Below are positions 53,401 through 64,000 of a stretch of 64,000 bases of DNA, piece after piece. The notes under the pieces are model-generated. The model was not told the origin of the DNA. It was given only the letters and a program-made list of their open reading frames with translations, and made no database searches. Within the stretch, counting starts at the first letter, position 1. Each line of letters opens with the position of its first letter. A program made the position numbers and the translations under genes. Origin of the DNA: Carcharhinus longimanus (Eukaryota); assembly GCA_030264375.1 (NCBI GenBank), contig JASCQW010000175.1:4058333-4122332 (forward strand), in the 5' to 3' direction.

Positions 53401-54291
53401 TCACACTCAGGGAACAACAACATTTGATTTTCTGGCCACAAAGTAATTAAAATACAGATTAAACCATCCCTAATCAAACCTGTAAATTTTCCTATTTGTC
53501 ATTTTAGGTAAGTCGAAGAGTTATGACAAGTTTGTTGAAGTGTCCTTGAGCTTTGTGCAAGACAGTAACTTTATTGCAATGTTAATGCAAGCCTATTTGT
53601 GGCACTAATAAATGAAAACTTTAATATTATAATGGATGGAGTGAATAACAGCTCTCAATATGCCATGCACAGTCAGGCCAAATCTAAAAGAAACGTGCTG
53701 GATCCACCAATACAGATCACCAAGACGACTTGGGAAAAAAAAGAGAGTCATCATCTTGGCTTATTGCCCAGTGGCAATCAGCTAGTTAGAATTAATTTAA
53801 GTGCGTTAAGCCCAGTATAAAAGTTGCTTTAAGAGTCAATAATCCACAGGACACATCCAGGAGCTATTTTCAAGCAAAAACAAACTCAACCATTCTTTCA
53901 CCCAACCCAGAAGTTCCAACCACCTCAACGTTCCCAGCTGCTTCTTACGAACATGGATTTGGAATTGTTTCCAGAGCTGAGTGACCAGTCAACATGTTCA
54001 ACAAAAATCACTTTCCACCTGTCTACAACATAAATCAAGAGCTCAAAGTTCCACTCAAGTTTTATAGAAAGTTCTCTCCACTGCAGGAATGGAATCAGTG
54101 CATTGGACAATTATACCCTTACTTTCAAAAGGGAAGCATATGAATGATATAGCATTTTACTAATCAAAAACGTTAAGCTTTCATTGTGGATTTGTAAAAT
54201 TCCAAAACCTGGTCACTTGCTATGAAGATGCAGTTACTTTCTCTTTAGGAGAATAAAGTGTTGCAATCAGATTGATCCATAAGGCAGGTGG

Positions 54292-54611
54292 AATCATAGA
54301 ATCCTACATTCAGGTGGAGGCCATTTGGCCCATCGAGTCTGCACCAACCACAATCCCACCCAGGTCTTATCCCCACAACACAATGCATTTACCCTAGCTA
54401 GTCCTCCTGACACTAAGAGGCAATTTAACATGGCCAATCCACCTAATCCACACATCTTTGGACTGTGGGAGGAAACTGGAGTACCTGGAGAAAACCTACA
54501 CAGATACAGGGAGAATGTGCAAACTCCACACAGTCACCCAAGTCAGAAATCGAACCTGGGTCCCTGGAGCTGTAAGGCAATAGTGCTAACCACTGTGCCA
54601 GCGTGCCACCC
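54292..54611 (-). mobile_element. Full-length HE1-like V-SINE
   Basis: catagaatcctac tail, V-domain ctttggactgtgggaggaaac...gtgcaaactccacacag, head agtgctaaccactgtgcca. Confidence 0.9.
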
Positions 54612-55599
54612 ATAGTAGTTGGCAAAAACTCATTTGCTGCAACTTAATTTCACCCATTGTAGAGCATTGAAATAAAACATTTAACAAAACCCAAATCAAT
54701 TACATTGATTTTCTAACAGATTTATCAACCTTCAAAAAGCCTGACATTTCAAGGCAAGGGTTAGGAGTAGGCTTCAATTGGAGTATTGTTTGTAGAGTGG
54801 GTCAAGATTAAAAAGACTCTACAATTTGAGAGCCATGCAATTATTTTAGGTGTGTATATTTAAATTGTTAATTTATTGAATTACACAACTGAGCGCTTCA
54901 ATAGAGTTCATTTTTTGGTGGGGGGGCCTTACTCCAGTGGTAGCTTTACAAAATCCAAAATTTTGAATGTCATTGGTTCTCTAAGTAAGGACATTAACAC
55001 TGTAAAATGAAGCCAGAGGGTAAACGTGCGTTTGTTGTTAGCTGCACTCTGACACAAACATTACTTAAAATGATCCTCAAATAGTCGAGAAGCTTGTTAA
55101 TAGCTTTTAAAATGATCCTGCATTAGTAAACAAAGCTCACTTAATACAATGCCTGACATACAGACAAACATATTCTTCTTAACGTAGAGTAGACAGGTTT
55201 TAACATGTATTAGGTTCCCTAGCACAGACATTTCCATTCTTTTAAATTGTACCTTAATTGTAAGGTTCTGCCAGCTTGCAACATTGATCATTAATTTTAC
55301 AAATAATGGAAAATAAATATTAAGATCCATAATCCGATTCTTGCTCTATATCTAAGCAGTAAATATTACATCTCATTGCGAGATGAAACATACTTCATTT
55401 ATACACAATCTCAAGTTAACTCCTACAATATTTAATCGCAGAGTACATTTGGTTAGGAGTCCGAAAAATTGGATTAAGAATTTCAAGCTGGTACGCTTTT
55501 CAATTAGCTAACAAGATGAACAAAACAAGATCAGGAAAACGGAGGTGGTTTTAGATTAGCTATATTTGTATTGTTAAATATTAGAAATCAGGTACCATG

Positions 55600-55875
55600 T
55601 TAAATGGGCTTAATTGTGTGTTGTGTAGATTCATGTTGGGCAAAAGTGTTTGCATCTGAAGTTTTTTGATTTCAATGCAAACTGTGTTCCTATTGTGATT
55701 AGAGGGGGTTACAAGGTGAAAAGTAAGCAAGCTGGGAGAAATATATGGGCACTGCATAATGCCCATTAGAACCTTCCACACGCCTGATGAAGGAACAGTT
55801 TCCAAAAGCTTGTGGGATTACTATCAAATAAACTGGTTGGGCTTAAACCCAGTGTGGTGAGACTTCTTACACTAC
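55600..55875 (+). mobile_element. Penelope-like terminal repeat with inactivated hammerhead
   Basis: cctgatgaaggaacagtttccaaaagcttgtgg...tactatcaaataaactggttgg...gagacttcttac, homologous to 1451-1700; the upstream boundary is uncertain. Confidence 0.65.
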
Positions 55876-56745
55876 ATAGTAACCAGGGGCATCTTTAGGA
55901 CTGAAGAGTTCTGAGTGGGGTTTTAGCTGATTGCTTGGCAGTTGGCTTTAGAAGGCAAGAGAGGAAACATCTCTCTCAGCTTTGCTAGAAGAAACACCAT
56001 ACCATGGAGTAATGGCTAAAAAAACAAGTGCAGGAAATTTATAGAACAGCTAGCTAAGGAAACTAGAGAAATGAAGAGAAGTTTCCAAGAAGTCTGAACA
56101 AACAGGAACTGCCTTTGGGAACAGGATATTGTTTATGGGAGTTAAAGTCAGACCTGGGAAGAGAAGAGCTGATGAGGTTGGCTACAGAATAGTCACAATT
56201 CTGAAGCAATTGTATGGTTTGGTGTCCTTATTTTCAGTGTTTGAAGCAATAGTATTCAAGTACCTGAGTTTGTGTAAAAGCATTCAAGATAAAGGAAACC
56301 TAAAAGGAGGTGAAAAACAGCTGAGTTTCTTGTTAAAGATGGCTTTGTTTATAAAGTTGGACGTGGATTTCTTAGTGTAAACAGCTGATGGAAAGCATTA
56401 TTTGAAATAAGATTTAAAGCATGATTTTTTTGAGAATGGAGTTTGGAAACTCTGATCATCTAGGGGGATTGTGAGAAGAAAACCAAGAAAGATTAGCTGA
56501 GTGGCATTGGTCATCTAGTTTCAGAGTGGAGTGTCATCTTTGACAACCGTAGACATTTGTGAAGCTGAGGGAGGAGTAAAGAAGCATTGTATTATGAAAC
56601 TTTTCATGTTTAATAAATGTTTTTTCTTGTTGCTAAAACTAATTAGCAGTCTTGTGACTCTGTTCTTTCACATTTCCTTAAAAAAGTAGAAGTTATGATA
56701 TTTTCAGCCAGGATTCCATTCTGGGATTTCCCCATTCAGTTTTAT

Positions 56746-57005
56746 TATAGAATCCCTATAGTGCAGAAGAAGGCCATTTGGCCCTTCAAGACTGCACCAA
56801 CAATTCCACCAGGCCATATGCCCATAAACCCACTTATTTACCCCACTAATCCCACGACACAAGGCAATTTATCATTACCAATTAATCTACTCTGCACATC
56901 TTTAGAGTGTGGTAGGAAACCAGAGCACAGTCACCCATGGCATGGGGAGAATGTGCAAACTCTACACAGTCACCCAAGACCGGAATTGAACCCAGCTCCT
57001 TTAAC
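56746..57005 (-). mobile_element. HE1-like V-SINE, 5'-truncated
   Basis: atagaatccctatagtgcagaagaaggccatttggccc...ggggagaatgtgcaaactctacacagtcacccaag. Confidence 0.85.
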
Positions 57006-58419
57006 TCCAGAGACCAAAGTGCAGGAACGAGGGGAAAAAAGGCAACTGGTAGAGATATGCTGGCTATATTTGAAGACAGCAGGTGGTAACAAAACTTGCA
57101 GAAACAGGTTCCAGATTCCTTTAATTCCATAACTATACACACTGGAGGTAGAGTCAAAGCTATGGCTAGTCTACTATCAAAGACAATTCATCCCTTTCCC
57201 CAGAAACCTGCTAAAGACTTGCTCAAGGGATATTAAATTCCAAGAAGAACAAGCAATAACACAGAATCCCAGCCTGGTCAACAGGTAGGCCCAAATGCAC
57301 AGAGCAGCATATCTGCAAAGTAAAATATCAAACCCAGGCAAGTTCCAAAACAAGACTGAGCACCATCACAATTTAAGAAAAAAAACAAGCAAAACAGACT
57401 TGCGTAGAGATCTGATCTTAAAGACAGCTTTTAAAACATACTGCAGTAGCCATGGAAAAGGGCTTATTTGTCTTTGAAACATCACTAGCCTGTCAGTATA
57501 ATCAAAACAAAGTTAAAGTTACTTCTACATCAAGAAAGCAGTTTATAAATGCAAAGTTGACAGAAGGGTGTATCTTACATTTAATGACTTTTTTGGTTCA
57601 CAACAGTGCAGTTACTGGGTTTCTGAGCAAAATGAACTTAGACTAACAAAGCAGGTTGATCGTTTTCTTTGCAATTGCTTTAATGGGTCCTTCCTTTAAG
57701 TTAATCATAATCCTCCAAACTGAACGCAAGGATCAACTACAGGTAAACCTAGCAATCACATATTGGCATAATGTCATGATGTACCACTATAGCATTTGAG
57801 ATTGGAGCACACTGTGCATAGTGCAAGAGTGCTCAAGCTTCCAAGCCAAAAGTCTCCCAGATGTTCCAAATAGCAATGCCAAATCTGCTTTAGATACGAG
57901 ATAATCATACCCTGAGTAGATAAATAGAGCCTGTTGGGACAATCCTGGAGACCAACTGTCAATGCATGAATAACTTTCCACTAACAGATTTTGGTTTTGG
58001 ATTATGAGGAGAATATTAAGGTCACAAACCAATTGACATCTGCCATTCTGTACAGGAGGTATTTCAAAAATAGATAGAGCTTTTTGCTGGCAACTGAGGA
58101 ATCATTCAAATAAATAATTTAGCACTTTCACACATCAAGTTGTAGTATTTAGACAAGAGCCAAACTGTATAGAATGTGTTGAATCATAGCTGCCAATTTT
58201 GCATACTATACACTTTGTTTAACATGGACTGTACAAGTACCCCAGCCTACACTACACCACAATTCTTAAATTTCAAAGTCTCATCTTACAGCACAGTATT
58301 TGAAAACCACTGAATTAATTTTTCTTTTGCTTTGTTTTTATAAAAATAATAAATCCATCTTGAAAAGAACTGTTACAATACTATCCCAGTATTGATGATG
58401 GAAGATAAAAATCAACTTG

Positions 58420-58712
58420 TTAAAACTATTGCTCTTTAAGGAACAAAATCTGCATCATTGCCTGGTTTGGCCTAAATATGATTTGGCCAAATGACCCACA
58501 GCCATTGGATGATTCTTACAGCTGCCTTCTGAAATGGCCCAGCAAGACCCTCAGTTCAAGGGAAAATAGGGATGAGCAATAAATGCTGGTCTTACAAGTG
58601 ACATGGAGTACAGTGGTTCAGAGTGGCAACATCACCACCTTCAAGGTTAATTGTGGATGAGCAGTAAATGCTGGCCTAGCCTGTGATGCCCACACCCTAT
58701 GAAGCAATAATA
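58420..58712 (+). mobile_element. Partial tRNA-SINE with doubled 3' tail
   Basis: tcaagggaaaatagggatgagcaataaatgctgg and tcaaggttaattgtggatgagcagtaaatgctggcctagcc. Confidence 0.65.
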
Positions 58713-60789
58713 AGAACTGCTGGAACGGTAAAACTGAGTGTGCCCAAAATTAATACATACATCAATATTCCAGATTGAAATTTTTTTTAAAAAGAGGTTT
58801 ATGAACTGAAATAAACCAGTAGTTACAGAATTCAATTACTCCAGCAATGGTTTAAATTTGACAACATATAGAATGTCCATTCCAAAAGTATTGCTTTACC
58901 AGTGATACCAACCATTTATACTGACAGGATGCAAAACTGTACTAGTGCCATTTGAATTATGATTTAAAGCAATTCACAGAATAATGGTAATTTTCCAGTA
59001 AGAAATATTCACTTAACCAGTAGTTTCCATCTGGTTTACGTAAGCTGCCTTTAGAAACTTCATCCTCAGTTCTTATAAAGCATATCCACAGCCTTGCAAA
59101 GTCCTGACAACTTACCTAAGAATAGCACAACATACTATCCTAAAGCTTTCACCTTCACATGACTCAGTCAGAAATAAAGTAGTAATTCTGCCAAGTTATT
59201 TTAGCGTAATTTTATTCTATTTTGAGATCAGTTCAGATTTTGCTCCAATCTAGTTTCTAAAAGTATAAGCCAACTGAATTGAATAAAGTGTGCAAAAAAC
59301 CTTAGGGTTTATGTAAATAAGTAACAAATCATTGTAGTAATAGATATCACCATCATGGCATCTTCTGCACGGCCAAAACTAGTCTGCAAAGTACGCACGT
59401 GAATGCTATTCATGTACATGGAGGATTCCATTACTCTTACTACGGAGCAATTAATTCTCCCTGGCACACAGCGATATCCACATGCTCATACAAGCTTCTC
59501 AAAATTATCTGTATTTAGAAGGGCAAAATCTGATATGAACCAGCTGAATCAGGGAACATTTTGAAATGATTTCCGAAAACAAAATTTCCTCAATCTGTGC
59601 AAGAAGGTAACTTGGTAAAATAAAAATAAAGCTGAAAATCAGGTTACCACAAAAAACACTAAATTACTGTCAATCCACCATCTGAGAGTAATCCAATTTT
59701 AAATGACTGAAAATGATTTAAATATACAGAAATATTTTCTAGTTAGATTGCAGTAGTAAGCTTAGTGATTTTTTTTAAAAAACCATTAAAACCCTTAAAA
59801 GCAAGCCTATTTGCATCCATGTATCAAAAAGCTCCAGCTTAATTTTATAGTTTATTTGAAGTCTACAAACATCTAAAAGTTCACAATAGTGATTAATTCA
59901 TCATGGGTGTGTGGGGCCAGCTTTGTGGATGCAAGCTTGTATCTAGCTCAGTATCTTTAAAACCAACATAAAAGGAGATGGAAACACAAGTTTGCTAACA
60001 CAACTAGATCTTAAAATTCTTCCTTTTTTTGCTCTGATTACTCCACTATAGAGGGACTTGTGTCAAAAATCCACAGTACAACTGAAGNNNNNNNNNNNNN
60101 NNNNNNNCATTACCTAACAAGTGTGAGAGTACATAAGCATGGAGGCTTGCTTAAATACTGAATCTTGGGAAAAGAAGCCAAGTGCAAATTCTAAGGCTGT
60201 CCAATCTGCTCACGTGGATATACCCAAGATAAATATTTTTGCTCGGGTTTACTTTGAAGGGACTAGAAGCATGTGTAGAGAAAGGAGTCCGTGTACTGCT
60301 GTTCAACTAAGTGAAATTAGGTATCTATATCAAAATCCAACTTGTCTTTCCTGATCATGGCTCTCCAATTACTGCTGGCAGACTTGGCATCTGCACAGCA
60401 TTTGATGTTTCTAGAGTTCTTTGTCAGAAATAGAACAAAACTTTTCCAAAGTATGAGTGCAGCATACAAGTTTGTGCGCCATTAGATCTCAACTTGGGAT
60501 GGGACATATTTGCCAACACAAATATCTCGATAGAAAGTCAGCCACAATGCTCGAGTTAATGGACGCTAAAACCTTTGCTGATGAATGCCTTGATACATAG
60601 TCAGACTCCATTCAAGGCTTTGAACCCATGATAAAAATGCTTACTCCTAAGAATTTCATGAATATTGGAATTTCATTGTGTTCAGTTTACCCATACATTG
60701 ATATTGTCCCCTTACAAAAGGGGCAATGAAAGGATTGTAGCAACACTAAATGTGGTATCACTTAGCACATGCCCAGTTTTTTTTAAAAT

Positions 60790-61190
60790 TGTACTTTGTG
60801 TCATCAGGACGTCCCAAAGTGCTGCATAGCCAACAAACTAAAATTAATCTGAAGTTCTTCTGAAGGCAAAACCACCAGCCAATTTGCACACAGCATCACT
60901 GACAAACTACAAGCGCGTTTATAACCATCTAGTCTACTTTGGTAATATTCGTTGAGGGAGGAATGTTGGCCAAAACATCAGGGAAACTGCCATGATCTTC
61001 AAAATAGTGTCACAGAATCTTGCCTCTCTGAACAGGTAGACTGGGCCTCAGCTTAACACCTCATCCAAAAAATGCACCACTGAAAATGCAGCATACTTCC
61101 ACAGTTCAGTGAAGCATTTACATTATGTGCTTAAACAGAGTTTGAATCTGTAGCCTCCAAACTGAAGGTGCTACCACTAAGCCAAGTTCT
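60790..61190 (-). mobile_element. Deu-domain SINE (SacSINE1/AmnSINE-like)
   Basis: gtcccaaagtgct...gccaatttgcacacagca...gttgagggaggaatgttggcc...cttcaaaatagtg...gggcctcagcttaacacctcatccaaaa...gtgctaccactaagcca. Confidence 0.65.
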
Positions 61191-61954
61191 CAGTATTATG
61201 TAATTCTTCAGTAGATCATTCATTTACTATGATGCAATACAAAAACACTGCAACATCCCTTGCAATTTGTAGTCTTGTCTTACCCAAACTGTGGAATAAG
61301 ATATGAAATATTCATTCACGGCCTCACTCTGTTACAATTGCAGTACTGGAGAATGAAATTTCAGGTATTATCACCTCATTTATCGTTGTGTGTTGAAACT
61401 CTTGGAAACAAGGATTGTAGAAGCATCTCCAGTTTGATAAATCTCCCTCTGACTGATTGACAGCAGTCAGACAGCAAATTGACCTGACAGGATCTCAAAA
61501 TACATAAAGTTAGGCAAAAGGCTAGCCAATCATCTATGCACTTTTGGTTTTTACATGATCAAACCACCACACGTTAATCCTTCTGAACTGCTTCTGGGCG
61601 CCTAACTTGAAACACTGCGACTAAGCAATTCATTATAATCTTTTACACTTTCATTTTGCCATATTCCCCAAATGTCTTTCATTACCATGATTACTGTCAT
61701 GTAAAGTTTCTGCTGAATTTCTTGTACTTTTTTTCCTGTATGTTTCAAGCTTTAAGAATCTCACTTCCCAATTGCCTATAAGGGTTTTGAGAACAGGGGG
61801 ACGGACAGCCCATTCCACCTAGATATTTTTGCTCTGCGCAAGTGATTTACTAATAACTTGAAAGCAGTTTGTTATTTAGACCAACAATACTCTGTTGAAC
61901 AATTGTCAATATTTTCATCCCTTCACCCAATTCCTACCATCTTGATGTGGATGA

Positions 61955-62152
61955 TCTGATTTATTATTGTTACATGTATTAACATAGTGGAAACATTGTC
62001 TGTATAGAGTGCAAGAAAAAAAGCATACCATTCATAGAGAAGGAAATGAGAGAGTGCAGAATGTAGTGTTACAGTCATAGCTAGGGCATAGAGAAAGATT
62101 AGCTTAATGCAAGCTGAGTCCATTCAAAAGTCTGATGACAGTAGGAAGAAGT
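61955..62152 (-). mobile_element. Rex1/Babar-like LINE 3' end
   Basis: Reverse complement ttcttcctactgtcatcagacttttgaatgg (F.PTVIRLLNG) followed by the tail shared with 8230-8360. Confidence 0.6.
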
Positions 62153-63709
62153 AGGCCCGTTGGTTGCAGCAGGTCAGTTTGTCACGCTATTGATAACAGT
62201 ATGGTTTCATTGATCTTGTCACGACATTAACAAACCGNNNNNNNNNNTGTGGTCTGTAACTCTACACCATGCTACTTAACAGGGCAAGATTTGCCTGCTC
62301 CCTCAACTTTCTTACCGAAGTTACATTCCACCATTCTAGATGGGAACCGGTGATCTGGTCTTCAGTGGCAAACAAGATTTCTGAAACTAAGACTTTTCTT
62401 TATAACATTACAGACAGGCTTCCATTACCAACTTGAATAAGAACAGATGAAGCATCATGCTTTCATTAATTGAATGCACCAAGCTTTAATATTCTTCAAT
62501 TCAGCACTGTCCATCAGAAGCTTTTATAGTTATGGGAAACAAAACAAGCTGTATGTGCAGTGATCTATCATATGTATCCCTCACTCCCAAACCGAAAAAG
62601 ATGGGACAGCACCAACAAAAAAGGGGCAATTATCAACAGCAGACTAGCAGTACAAAGAGTATTGCTTGTACTTTCCATATAGTGAAGTCTAGCTTCCACT
62701 GAACCCTTGCAACCAAATTAGCATCAATCATTTCCCTCTTGAAGGGCATCTCAAGACCATGATTGGCAGTTTGGAAATAGTGGGGCATGGGAACCATTGT
62801 TAGATAGTGAACATGAGGTCAAAAGGAAGTGTCTTGGTTTTTCCCAAACCCAAAATAATCACATTGTCAGTACTTCAAATAGAAAGGATAAATTAGATAG
62901 AAACAAGGGAGGCCCAGGTCAGTTCACTCAGCCAAAAAACTTTTAGCCCTCTCTTCCACCAAGCCCACATTTCATTTGTATTGATGCATTCAAGTACTGA
63001 ATGATTTCAGGATTTTGCCTCCACTGCTGGGCCAATATTTTAGGAATCTGGAGTAAGTACAGAGTGTTAAGAGTGCACTACAGATTAAGTGGCATTTGAA
63101 AAAATATTCTAATGTCCTCGTATTATCATTTCCTGCACAGAATTTTAGCCCGGGGGGGACAACTCCAAAAGAAACACAGATTTACAAGTGCCACAAACCC
63201 AGAAATCCAGTAAAAAAAGCTTTTATTGGTTGCCAACGTGAATGAAACGGATTACTTCAGACAAAACTCTGGCAGCATTACAATGTAAAAGACGTGCACG
63301 TGGTTTGAGCACAGTCTTTCATCTGCTAGCTCCATTACTAGATTTTGTAATTTCCTTTCTTTTTGATTCATATGCCAATGCCTTTCCTTCTCAAAAGTAG
63401 CTACTCAGACTTTACAAAGCAAATTGTACGCTCACAAGTCACTTACTTTTCAACAGCCACTTAAGCAACCTGCCAATAAAAGACCAAATTACAAGCTGAG
63501 CAAAGCAAATATCTCAGTTGTAGTAAACACATTTGCACAAAAGATAGAAGAAAAGATCTATAAAGTTGCAACTTACAAGCATTAGCTGTCTCTCAAAGTG
63601 ACAACAGCAAAAAGGACACTTAAGAACTGTATTAGGAGAGTGTTTTGGGAATTGTCTTGGGCAGCTAATTATTAACCTCATTTTTGAGGAAAAACAAAGA
63701 TAAAGGAAA

Positions 63710-64000
63710 GAATTGGTATTTAAGTAACTCCTTTTATGACCTCAAGATGTCTCAAAGCACTTGATAGCCAAGGAAATATTTTTGAAGTGCAGTCATTGTT
63801 TTAATGGCTGTCATTTAATACACAGCAAGGTCATGCATATAGCAAAATACATGAACAGATAATATATTTGTTATGTTGATTCAAAGAATTAATATTGGCC
63901 AGGACAAAGAACGCCTCTACGCTTCTTCAAATAGAGCCGAGAAATCTTTTAAGTACATCTGACAGAGGAGATGGTGTATAATGTGATTTGTAAGATGGCA
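63710..64000 (-). mobile_element. Deu-domain SINE, truncated by the window end
   Basis: gtctcaaagcact...tttttgaagtgcagtcattgtt...cacagcaagg...aatattggccaggac...cttcttcaaatagagcc; homologous to 60790-61190. Confidence 0.65.

Overview
Eukaryotic, AT-rich, gapped (many N runs) vertebrate genomic DNA whose repeat content (HE1-like V-SINEs, CR1 LINEs, Penelope-like ends, Deu-domain SINEs) points to a cartilaginous fish. The whole window lies inside one minus-strand gene, the non-muscle myosin IIA heavy chain (MYH9). I traced 17 constitutive coding exons by hand (49013 down to 756, equivalent to human exons 4-20: P-loop, switch I/II, actin-binding region, SH1 helix, converter, IQ motifs). All have consistent phases and an open spliced frame. 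The preceding exon was not found and probably lies beyond 64000. The most interesting signals are not in the ORF track: a 21-nt loop-1 cassette exon (QSTVLAY) resembling the smooth-muscle SM-B insert, a 63-nt loop-2 cassette exon resembling the MYH10 B2 insert, nearby candidate stop-containing exons, a U12-type intron, a GC donor, and an apparently intact minimal hammerhead ribozyme in a Penelope-like end. I see no evidence for a wholly new multi-gene system. Exon coordinates were counted to the base. Repeat boundaries and family names are approximate and come from recognition, not a database search.
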